A stretch of DNA of 64,000 nt from a virus, in IMG/VR virus record IMGVR_UViG_3300050821_007764, positions 25,049-89,048 of that record. One strand, 5' to 3'. Positions 27,812 to 34,900 of the stretch are shown here, piece by piece. The notes beneath the pieces were generated by a model that was not told the DNA's origin, searched no databases, and saw only the letters and a program-made list of their open reading frames with translations. Each line of letters starts with the position of its first letter. Position 1 is the stretch's first letter. The translations under genes and the position numbers were made by a program.

Positions 27812-28005
27812 CGGACATCGGACTCGTAGAGGCGCTCAATGCCTGCGAGTCACAGCACGAACCCGGGCAGGACGAGGCGGGGACAGCATGGTGGCAGAAG
27901 CTGCTCCTGCTGCTGGCTATCCTCGCTGCGGTGAGCGCCGGGGTGGCAGGGATTTGCTATCTGACGGCGTGGATGACCTTGCACATACTGTTCGGCGGCT
28001 GGTAG
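27808..28005 (+). CDS. small membrane protein
   Basis: Long hydrophobic C-terminal segment. Confidence 0.6.
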   Translation: MTDIGLVEALNACESQHEPGQDEAGTAWWQKLLLLLAILAAVSAGVAGICYLTAWMTLHILFGGW

Positions 28006-28051
28006 AGTTCCACTAGTCGTACAGGGGCGGGAAAAGGAAAGAAGGACCATC

Positions 28052-28303
28052 GTGGGACACACGCGCATCACCAACAGCGATCGTGGGGCCAGCGTCATCG
28101 GCCAGGGCGCACACCCGGACACCGGCCGCAGCCTCAACGGCAGGCGGGGCAAGGTTGTGGATGTCAAAGATCACTTCGGCGAGGAGCTCGTCGGTGTGAG
28201 GTGGGAGGGCTCCAGCGAGGTCGACTACGTCCGACAGCGCAACGTCTCCGGAACCGGCCCGTCCGAGGAAACACTCCCCCAGCACCAGCGGCGGAAGCGG
28301 TAG
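28052..28303 (+). CDS. hypothetical protein (SH3-like beta barrel?)
   Basis: GKVVDV...VGVRWEG; strong RBS. Confidence 0.6.
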   Translation: MGHTRITNSDRGASVIGQGAHPDTGRSLNGRRGKVVDVKDHFGEELVGVRWEGSSEVDYVRQRNVSGTGPSEETLPQHQRRKR

Positions 28304-28316
28304 GATCCAGAAGCAT

Positions 28317-28396
28317 GCCGCGTTCGGTCTAGGAAGACCAGGCTGCCTGTAAAGCAGCTGCCTCCGGCTAACCAGGATCGATACCTGGGCGCGGCA
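28317..28396 (+). tRNA. atypical tRNA-Tyr(GTA)
   Basis: GCCGCGT/GCGCGGC-A; GCTGC-CTGTAAA-GCAGC; short D loop TAGGAA; T loop ATCGATA. Confidence 0.7.
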
Positions 28397-28398
28397 CG

Positions 28399-28475
28399 GA
28401 ATACCCTGGGTGCACAGGCCCTACTAAGACGGGTCGACTGCTGGAGGAGGCGGGCATTGACCGCCCAGGGTATTC
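28399..28475 (+). ncRNA. unknown structured RNA motif, copy A
   Basis: 12-bp closing stem; core CACAGRCCCTACTAAGA..CGGGTCGA..CATTGACCG shared with 30107-30183. Confidence 0.7.
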
Positions 28476-28496
28476 TTCGTCCCACAACTCAAGACT

Positions 28497-28573
28497 CCCG
28501 CCCCTCGAAGTGGCCAGCGACTGCTACAGCTGGCTCCCGGTCAACCGGCCAGACCGGCAGACGAGAAGGCGGG
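28497..28573 (+). ncRNA. multibranch structured RNA
   Basis: CCCGCC.CTCG/CGAG..GGCGGG enclosing GCCAGC/GCTGGC and CCGGTC/GACCGG hairpins. Confidence 0.5.
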
Positions 28574-28577
28574 TCCC

Positions 28578-28673
28578 GGTTCCGCTGCTGCACTCCCGCA
28601 TCCGAGTGCGGTGATCTACTGGACACAGGTCTCGCCGACTTCCCCCGTCGGTGATGAGTGCAGTAGCGGAACC
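28578..28673 (+). ncRNA. cloverleaf-shaped non-tRNA RNA
   Basis: 18-bp outer stem enclosing three hairpins (CCGCA/TGCGG, GATCT/AGGTC, TCGCCGAC/GTCGGTGA). Confidence 0.6.
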
Positions 28674-28681
28674 CTGAACGG

Positions 28682-28755
28682 GGGCCTGTAGCTCAACTGG
28701 TCAGAGCATCGGACTTTTAATCCGAGGGTTGCGGGTTCGAGACCCGCCGGGCCTA
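28682..28755 (+). tRNA. tRNA-Lys(TTT)
   Basis: Cloverleaf; TCGGA-CTTTTAA-TCCGA. Confidence 0.9.
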
Positions 28756-28776
28756 CGCGCGGAAGGAGAAGGAAAG

Positions 28777-28956
28777 ATGGTCGAGAACGATCCCAGTGAA
28801 GCCATCGCAGGGGCGACCCAGGAGGAACTGGACGCCCTTCAGCGGGCCTACGAGAAATCCCATCAAGAAGGGACGCTCGCCAGGATCGACCTGGAGCAGA
28901 AGCTCCGGCAGGACGCACGGCGCAACAAGGAAAAACCCAAGGGCAACCACCCTTGA
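28777..28956 (+). CDS. small hypothetical protein
   Basis: AAGGAGAAGG RBS. Confidence 0.55.
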   Translation: MVENDPSEAIAGATQEELDALQRAYEKSHQEGTLARIDLEQKLRQDARRNKEKPKGNHP

Positions 28957-28962
28957 CACGAT

Positions 28963-29079
28963 GGGGCTGCCAGTGGTGAGTACAGCAGACGGCACCGAAA
29001 CGTCCGTACGGCCGGTGAATACCGTCAACTCACCCGGAGGGGGCGCGCGACTGCGGGTTCGAATCCCGCCAGCTCCACC
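28963..29079 (+). ncRNA. mini tmRNA-like / Ala-acceptor tRNA-like RNA
   Basis: GGGGCTG/CAGCTCC-ACC with G3.U70; T arm GCGGG-TTCGAAT-CCCGC; long interrupted hairpin as body. Confidence 0.7.
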
Positions 29080-29266
29080 GGTTCCCGCTGCATAAAGCAC
29101 AGTAGGAACCACCGGGTCCAGCCGTGAGGTGGCTGGACCCACCCGGGGCCGCAGGTTGCCAAGGGAGTCCTGATCCGCTCCCCCAAGATCCCTTCAATGG
29201 GACTGGCCCCACCGAGCAAAGTATGCTAAAGTAGGACGAAGAACAGGAAGAAGGAAGCTGAATCTC

Positions 29267-30004
29267 ATGACCAGTCCCATGCTCAGCCAGATGATCGCGG
29301 TACGGAAGGGCCTCAAACTCCGCACCGCCGCCGCCGTGGACGTGATCTACAAGGATCTCCAGAAGGCCGCACTCTACGCAGGCTTGACCCGCACGTACAA
29401 GCCCAAGGCCGAGGACGGCGACAAACTCCCCCCGGAGTACACCAACGTCCAGAAGTCCGTCGAAGCATCCCTGCGTGCAATCGCGGACGAATGGACGAAG
29501 CTCCTTGACGTCGAGCTGACCGTGGACGAAGGCAACACCCACGCACGCGGGCGCGTCATCGTGGACGGCGAGGAACTGTTCAGCGCGCCGCCGACGTTCC
29601 TCCTTACCGTCGAGAAGAAGCTGATCGACGTCCGCACGGCCTTCTCCAAGGTCCCCGTCCTGGACCCGGCCGTCCGCTGGGAGCCGGACACCACCGGAAA
29701 TGCCACGTGGCGCTCCGTCCCGGAAGAGACCACCCGCAGCAAGAAGGTGCTCCGGAACCACGTCAAGGCCGAGGCCACCGAGAAGCACCCGGCCCAGGTG
29801 GAAACGTACAGTGCGGACGAGATCGTCGGCACGTGGGAGCTGACCAAGTTCTCCGGGGCCGTCAGCGCGGACACCCGCAGTCACCTGCTCCAGCGCGTCA
29901 ACACCCTCATCGACGCTGTACGACACGCCATCGAGGAGGCCAACTCCACCCTGGTTGAGCAGCAGCACGTCGGCGAGACGGTCTTCGCCTACCTGCTGGG
30001 GTAA
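29267..30004 (+). CDS. uncharacterised 245-aa protein, candidate partner of the downstream large ncRNA
   Basis: Strong RBS and high-GC codon usage; LSQMIAVRKG, GLTRTYKPKAEDGDKLPPE, ATEKHPAQV, FSGA, IEEANS. Confidence 0.85.
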   Translation: MTSPMLSQMIAVRKGLKLRTAAAVDVIYKDLQKAALYAGLTRTYKPKAEDGDKLPPEYTNVQKSVEASLRAIADEWTKLLDVELTVDEGNTHARGRVIVDGEELFSAPPTFLLTVEKKLIDVRTAFSKVPVLDPAVRWEPDTTGNATWRSVPEETTRSKKVLRNHVKAEATEKHPAQVETYSADEIVGTWELTKFSGAVSADTRSHLLQRVNTLIDAVRHAIEEANSTLVEQQHVGETVFAYLLG

Positions 30005-30010
30005 ACTCCG

Positions 30011-30097
30011 CTGGTCGACATCGCGGTAACGACGAAGGGGATGAGGACAGGCGATGATTGGTCCTCCCCACTCTGGCCAGATCCTCTTCGTGACCAG
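30011..30097 (+). ncRNA. structured RNA domain immediately after the 245-aa gene
   Basis: CTGGTC/GACCAG, ACGAAGGGGAT/ATCCTCTTCGT and GAGGAC/GTCCTC nested stems. Confidence 0.55.
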
Positions 30098-30106
30098 TTC
30101 AAGACC

Positions 30107-30183
30107 GGTGTTCCGGGTTCACAGACCCTACTAAGAAGCGGGTCGAGGATGGCTGAATCTCCTCATTGACCGCCTGGAACACC
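30107..30183 (+). ncRNA. unknown structured RNA motif, copy B
   Basis: GGTGTTCCGGG/CCTGGAACACC closing stem; same core as copy A. Confidence 0.7.
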
Positions 30184-30193
30184 CCCAAAGACT

Positions 30194-30590
30194 CCCGGTT
30201 TGAGCGACCGGGTGCCCGTGAGGGCAAAGTTGAAGCACAAGCTGAAACTGATGGAGCAACCTCGTTCAACGTGCAGGTTCGATCCCTGCCCGGGGCTCTG
30301 TGCCCATGCCTGTCGACGTCAGACATGGGCACGCGCACTTCCTCTGCTTGGACACGGCAGAGGAAGTGCACCCGCCCCGGTGGCCCAAATGGTAGAGGCG
30401 TTCGAGGGCCATGAAGCTGAAGCTCTCGCTCCAACATGAAACAACAGCGCCAAACCCGTAATCGACGAGACCAGCACTACAGTGGGAGAATGGCGGTTCG
30501 AATCCGTTCCTGGGCACTCCGAGCCCGGGTGGCCGTAATGGGAACGGCAGCCTGCTTTGAAGCTGAAACTGGTCCGACAGTGTACGGGCG
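30194..30590 (+). ncRNA. large structured RNA with two circularly permuted tRNA modules and repeated GAAGCTGAARCT motifs
   Basis: T arm 30273-30289, acceptor CCGGGGC/GCCCCGG, then D arm; T arm 30492-30508, acceptor CCTGGGC/GCCCGGG, then D arm; motifs at 30230, 30411, 30557. Confidence 0.8.
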
Positions 30591-30601
30591 AGGGTGCAGT
30601 G

Positions 30602-30674
30602 ATATTGGTAGCGCATTTGGCAGCGCGTCAGCCTCAAAAGCTGAAGGTAGCGGGTTCGAATCCCGCCCAACACA
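30602..30674 (+). tRNA. atypical/pseudo tRNA with CAA anticodon and short variable loop
   Basis: TCAGC-CTCAAAA-GCTGA; intact D and T arms; two A.C mismatches in the acceptor. Confidence 0.6.
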
Positions 30675-30718
30675 AAACTCTATTGGGGGCGTAGGATGGT
30701 GATTCCTACGCCCCTCCA

Positions 30719-30791
30719 GGTTCCGTAGCTCAGTGGACAGAGCATCGCCCTTCTAAGGCGACGGTCGCTGGTTCGAATCCAGCCGGTCCCA
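30719..30791 (+). tRNA. tRNA-Arg(TCT) with mismatched acceptor stem
   Basis: TCGCC-CTTCTAA-GGCGA; acceptor GGTTCCG/CGGTCCC. Confidence 0.75.
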
Positions 30792-30909
30792 CGGTCGTTC
30801 AGGTGGTCCTAGGCCACCATCCTGAACACCCGCACAGTTCATGAACGAAGCCCTGGAGCAGTGGCCACTGCTATGATGGGGTGGACAAGTCCTCTCTTCT
30901 GTGCGTCAT

Positions 30910-30982
30910 ACGCTTATAGCTCAATCGGCAGAGCAGCCGACTGTTAATCGGCAGGTTCCTGGTTCGAATCCAGGTAGGCGTG
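30910..30982 (+). tRNA. tRNA-Asn(GTT)
   Basis: Cloverleaf; GCCGA-CTGTTAA-TCGGC; G discriminator. Confidence 0.9.
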
Positions 30983-31063
30983 CGTAAGGGTCCAGTACGC
31001 AGGAAACTGCGTAGGTCATGTGATTCGTTGGCCGGGGAGCAGGAGATTTGGTACCCTGCAATT

Positions 31064-31137
31064 CACGATGTAGCTCAGCTCGGTAGAGCACCACCCTGAT
31101 AAGGTGTAGGTCCCTGGTTCAAATCCAGGCGTCGTGA
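31064..31137 (+). tRNA. tRNA-Ile(GAT)
   Basis: Cloverleaf; loop CTGATAA. Confidence 0.9.
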
Positions 31138-31229
31138 CTGGTCTCTTTCTCACAGCATCGGGGCGAGACCAGGCGCAGTCGGTGAGCTTGGCGGCTCGCA
31201 GTACCGGCTGCGCCACAACTTCATACCGA

Positions 31230-31314
31230 GGAGAGCTGGCCGAGTGGCCGAAGGCGTCCGTCTCGAAAACGGAATCGGGTAACACCGACGGGAGTTCAAA
31301 TCTCCCGCTCTCCG
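31230..31314 (+). tRNA. tRNA-Ser(CGA)
   Basis: Cloverleaf with long variable arm; TCCGT-CTCGAAA-ACGGA. Confidence 0.9.
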
Positions 31315-31317
31315 CAA

Positions 31318-31410
31318 GCTGGACAGCCAGCTGACCGACCGTTGGCCACTGTGGCAGGTGGTCTCCAGAGCCGGGAGGTCAGCCCCTGCGGGGAAGCATG
31401 GCTGTCCAGC
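31318..31410 (+). ncRNA. structured RNA between the two tRNA-Ser genes
   Basis: 12-bp outer stem GCTGGACAGCCA/TGGCTGTCCAGC; inner GCTGACC/GGTCAGC. Confidence 0.55.
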
Positions 31411-31416
31411 CGCCAC

Positions 31417-31500
31417 GGAGGGCTGGCCGAGAGGCTTAAGGCGCGGCACTGCTAATGCCGTGGGGTAACACCCACGTGGGTTCGAATCCCACGCTCTCCG
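31417..31500 (+). tRNA. tRNA-Ser(GCT)
   Basis: Cloverleaf with long variable arm; CGGCA-CTGCTAA-TGCCG. Confidence 0.9.
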
Positions 31501-31501
31501 C

Positions 31502-31837
31502 ATGGAACTGCAAGAACAGCTCAAGCGGGATCTCACGTGGCTCGAAACGTGGATCCAGCAGCACCCCAAGACCCGGGCCGCACAGCACCTGGCACCCGTC
31601 CTGGACGCCTACAAGGAACTCGCCGAAGCGCACCAACCGGCCGAGGAAGGCGTACCGCTGGCGGAGACCGCCCAGAAGTACATCCGGCTCAGCAGTGAGA
31701 TCGTCAGCCTCGTACCGGCCGGATCCGTCTTCGAGGCCAGCATCACCGACCGGGAAGTACTCGCCGCCAACTTCGTCCAGCACCTCTACCGCAGCCACAC
31801 CCTCGGCTGCGTAGAATGCTTCGGTGGACGCCATTGA
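31502..31837 (+). CDS. hypothetical protein
   Basis: High-GC codon usage; ATG directly after the tRNA-Ser end. Confidence 0.6.
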   Translation: MELQEQLKRDLTWLETWIQQHPKTRAAQHLAPVLDAYKELAEAHQPAEEGVPLAETAQKYIRLSSEIVSLVPAGSVFEASITDREVLAANFVQHLYRSHTLGCVECFGGRH

Positions 31838-32309
31838 GTTCGACGAGCTGGAACGCCTCAAAGCCAAGATCAAGATTTTGAAGGGCTCCCTGACGCGCAA
31901 CCTCCTGCGGGCCATCGCCTTCCGGATCGAAGAGGTCTACCCGGAGGCCACCCGCGCGCACATCGTCCAGTACCCGGACAACGTCTACCGGTGCTGGGCC
32001 CTGTCCAAGGGCAAGCAGTGGGTGACCGTCTGCGAAAATGACGTCGCCCCCACCTGGACCAGCATGAACCTGGACCAGGACATCGACCTCATCGTCCGCC
32101 TCGGCTGGTCCCCCCGGATCCGCACCTACACCCGTACGGACGGTGTGGAGGTACACTCGCTGGCGTTGAGGACATGGGACGCAGAGAAGGAGCGCAGGGA
32201 TGTCGGAGACTGGCGGACCAATCGTCTGGGTCAAGTACAAGTACCTGGCCCCCAAGAGCAGCGGCCGGTACAAGGGCAACAGCAACGGCAGCGCACTGAA
32301 GAAGCGTGA
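31824..32309 (+). CDS. hypothetical protein
   Basis: ORF overlapping the previous gene. Confidence 0.6.
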   Translation: MDAIEFDELERLKAKIKILKGSLTRNLLRAIAFRIEEVYPEATRAHIVQYPDNVYRCWALSKGKQWVTVCENDVAPTWTSMNLDQDIDLIVRLGWSPRIRTYTRTDGVEVHSLALRTWDAEKERRDVGDWRTNRLGQVQVPGPQEQRPVQGQQQRQRTEEA

Positions 32310-32418
32310 AGGACAGCGCCGGAAGTCCCCGCAGCCGCCGTCCGAGTTCGAGACGGTGATGGTGCTCAAGAAGACGGGGAAGGTCGGGTGGATCTCCCGG
32401 CGGAAGACCGGAAAGTAA
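32200..32418 (+). CDS. small basic protein
   Basis: AAGGAG RBS; Lys/Arg-rich; overlaps the upstream ORF by 110 nt. Confidence 0.5.
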   Translation: MSETGGPIVWVKYKYLAPKSSGRYKGNSNGSALKKREGQRRKSPQPPSEFETVMVLKKTGKVGWISRRKTGK

Positions 32419-32470
32419 TCACGAGGGTGCTTCCTTTCCTTTTCCCCGGCATTATGCCTATATTGGGTCC

Positions 32471-33130
32471 GTGAACGATCGACCAGACCCAGGCGGGGTC
32501 CGGGCCAGCCTCCTGGAGGCAACCCGGACCTCGTGGCGTTTGTCCGAGCACCTCGAATCCGTCATCGCAGAACGCACCACGCCACCCCCAGGTCCCAGTG
32601 GCGGCAAGCGCAAACCCGGCTCCACCGCCCCCTGGAACGCCCCCGCAGCCAGTCTGATATTCGACCTCCGCCTTCTCGCCAGGCACCTCGAAGAAGATCT
32701 CCGGCTCCGTGTCACTGGAGGCCGTGTGACCCGGGGAACCAGCGACCGTAATACATGGCTCTCCCTCAAAGCCCTCACCGAGCTGTCCGTCATGGCACAG
32801 GACTCGGACGTCGCCGTCGCCCTGTCCCAGCTAGGAGGATGGCTCGAACGCGCCCGCCCGGCCGTCGGCGAGACTGAGCCACTGCGCCGCGTACCGCGTG
32901 TTCCCGGCTACGTGGAACCACGCTGCCCGTGGTGCCAGTACTGCACCTTGCGCTGCAAGCTCGCCGCCGGGCTTCTGTTCTGCATCAATCCTTCGTGTAC
33001 AGACGAGGATGGCAGGCGACCGCAGGGGATTATCGAGGTCGGTATGGTCATTACGGATGTTTTCCTGCGCTGGCAGGACAGCACGTACGGCATGCCGCAG
33101 TACACCGTGCAGGAGGTGTATGCGGCGTGA
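32471..33130 (+). CDS. hypothetical protein with zinc ribbon (putative transcription regulator)
   Basis: RCPWCQYCTL...CINPSC. Confidence 0.7.
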   Translation: MNDRPDPGGVRASLLEATRTSWRLSEHLESVIAERTTPPPGPSGGKRKPGSTAPWNAPAASLIFDLRLLARHLEEDLRLRVTGGRVTRGTSDRNTWLSLKALTELSVMAQDSDVAVALSQLGGWLERARPAVGETEPLRRVPRVPGYVEPRCPWCQYCTLRCKLAAGLLFCINPSCTDEDGRRPQGIIEVGMVITDVFLRWQDSTYGMPQYTVQEVYAA

Positions 33131-33399
33131 CGAAAGGCTGGACGTCGATCGGCCTGAAAACGGTCGGCGACGACGACGCGCTGTGGACCGCCTCGGAGGC
33201 CGCTGTCCTGCTCGGTCCGCCTGATCTGAGCCCAGACGAGGTGCGGCACCTGATACGGCTCTTCAGCATCGAACCGGCCGGAAAGCGCCGGACGACAGGC
33301 CACGGCATCGCAGGGCGGCATGCGAGGGTGTACCGGGCCAGTGAGCTTATTGAGGCGTACGACAGGCTCTCCAGGGGCGTCGGAAGGGGGATGCAGTGA
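33127..33399 (+). CDS. MerR-like HTH protein
   Basis: WTASEAAVLL...VRHLIR...RVYRASEL. Confidence 0.6.
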   Translation: MTKGWTSIGLKTVGDDDALWTASEAAVLLGPPDLSPDEVRHLIRLFSIEPAGKRRTTGHGIAGRHARVYRASELIEAYDRLSRGVGRGMQ

Positions 33400-33932
33400 G
33401 GGTCACGTTCGACTGGGAGTTCCTGGACGATGACGGTGAGCGGATTCACCCCATCTCCCTGGGAATGGTGCGTGAGGACGGCACCGAGTACTACGCCATC
33501 AACCAGGACATGCCGTTCGGGCCGATCTCCCGGAATGCGTGGCTGATGCAGAACGTCATGCCATCCCTACCGGTTCGTACCGGGCACAACGACCCATGGG
33601 ACCGGGAGCACCCCGATTTCATCCACGTGAAGCCGAAGAACCAGATCCGTCAGGAAGTACTCCATTTCCTGATGCAGACCCCGTCCCCAAGTCTGTGGGC
33701 GTGGTTCGCGGCGTACGACTTCGTACTCTTCGCGCAGTTATTCGGCCGCATGCTGGATATCCCGGTCGGGCTTCCACAACGCACCAACGACATCGCGCAG
33801 GAGTGGGAGAGCCTCGGGTACCCGCGCCTGCCGGAGCAGCCGCACGGGAATCACAACGCTTTGCAGGACGCCCGATTCAACCTCGTTCGGCTGCTTTGGC
33901 TCGATCAGATCGCCAAGGAAGGAAAAGAATGA
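33396..33932 (+). CDS. DEDD 3'-5' exoribonuclease, Rv2179c/RNase AS-like
   Basis: FDWEFLDD..IHPISLGMVREDG; WAWFAAYDFV; HNALQDAR. Confidence 0.85.
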   Translation: MRVTFDWEFLDDDGERIHPISLGMVREDGTEYYAINQDMPFGPISRNAWLMQNVMPSLPVRTGHNDPWDREHPDFIHVKPKNQIRQEVLHFLMQTPSPSLWAWFAAYDFVLFAQLFGRMLDIPVGLPQRTNDIAQEWESLGYPRLPEQPHGNHNALQDARFNLVRLLWLDQIAKEGKE

Positions 33933-34195
33933 AACCGACTGTCGGCCGAATCGTCAACTACGTTAGTGCTGGAAGCGCGGACGGAACCTATCCATCAGTT
34001 TGCCGCGCCGCGATTGTCACCGCCGTACTGGACTGCAAGCACGGCAGGGAATCCTGTGTTTCCCTGACGGTATTCAATCCAGAGGGGCTGCACTTCAATA
34101 TGCACGTGCAGTACAACAACGATCGATCGCCCCTCAAGGCAAGACGTCAGACGTGGCACTGGCCCGAGCGGGAGCCGGAGGAGCACAACCTGTGA
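33929..34195 (+). CDS. hypothetical phage protein
   Basis: MKPTVGRIVNY...CRAAIVT...TWHWPER; ATGA overlap. Confidence 0.7.
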   Translation: MKPTVGRIVNYVSAGSADGTYPSVCRAAIVTAVLDCKHGRESCVSLTVFNPEGLHFNMHVQYNNDRSPLKARRQTWHWPEREPEEHNL

Positions 34196-34413
34196 GCCTC
34201 AAAGCAGCCCCGCACGACCTGGCCGAGCAGCCGGTCTACGGAACCCCGCGCACCACTCCTTACGTCCTGCTGTGTCACGCCACGTTGAACTTCTGCGGCC
34301 GGACCTGGGTCGCCAACACCATGGACCAGTACGACGAGTACCTCAAGCAGCGTGAAGCCCACGAGGTCTTCTGCGGCACCGCACAGCAGCACAACCTCAA
34401 ACTCCCCCTCTAG
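34192..34413 (+). CDS. hypothetical protein
   Basis: GTGA overlap. Confidence 0.55.
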   Translation: MSLKAAPHDLAEQPVYGTPRTTPYVLLCHATLNFCGRTWVANTMDQYDEYLKQREAHEVFCGTAQQHNLKLPL

Positions 34414-34421
34414 GAGAATCC

Positions 34422-34862
34422 ATGAGCATCGCCGGTTCCATATCCAAGTTCCTGCACCGCACCAGGACGGACGCTGCTTCCACCGAGGAAGAGCTGAAGA
34501 AGGTCGTCGAAGCCGTCCGGCCCGAGGTCTCCAGCCTCAAGACCCAGGTGATCTCCGCCGTGGGCCTGGACCTCGCCCACGTCTCCACCGACGTGAAGAA
34601 CGCCCTGGAGGTTCTCTCCTACGACCACAAGGCGGACATCGCCGGAGTGGTCACCACGATGGAGACGTCCTTCGCGGACATCTTCAAGCGGTTCGATGAC
34701 ATCAAGGACCAGCTGGAGGCGCTGCGGGCAGACACAGCCAGCAAGACGGCATCCGCCCGTAAGACGGTGGCCAAGACTGCCGCTGCCGCCACGGCTGCGG
34801 CTACAGCTGCTCCGGCCGCTAAGGCTGTTGCAGCACCAGTCAAGGACGCGCCAGGGAAGTAG
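34422..34862 (+). CDS. hypothetical protein with Ala/Lys-rich tail
   Basis: AGGAG RBS. Confidence 0.65.
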   Translation: MSIAGSISKFLHRTRTDAASTEEELKKVVEAVRPEVSSLKTQVISAVGLDLAHVSTDVKNALEVLSYDHKADIAGVVTTMETSFADIFKRFDDIKDQLEALRADTASKTASARKTVAKTAAAATAAATAAPAAKAVAAPVKDAPGK

Positions 34863-34863
34863 C

Positions 34864-34893
34864 TTGTAGACGCACCGTGAGCACGTGTAGTGT
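34864..34893 (+). promoter_or_regulatory. promoter for the Y RNA-Ro60 operon
   Basis: TTGTAG-18-TAGTGT ending about 7 nt before the first Y RNA stem. Confidence 0.55.
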
Positions 34894-34900
34894 CAGAGAC

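Noticed and set aside
28399-28475. Assignment of the duplicated motif to twister, twister-sister or HDV/theta ribozymes
   Set aside because: Only a loose CUAAG-loop resemblance; the diagnostic conserved residues and pseudoknots were not found by eye
28953-28985. TTGACA promoter at 28953
   Set aside because: No TANNNT -10 element at 17-18 bp spacing; the sequence overlaps a stop codon and the RNA 5' end
30099-31334. Short ORFs across the ncRNA/tRNA island
   Set aside because: They overlap tRNAs and structured RNA, lack an RBS and have atypical codon usage
31370-31402. SRP RNA helix 8 resemblance (GGTCAGCCCCTGCGGGGAAGCA)
   Set aside because: Lacks the CAGG and GNRA tetraloop consensus, and GGTCAGC pairs better with the upstream GCTGACC
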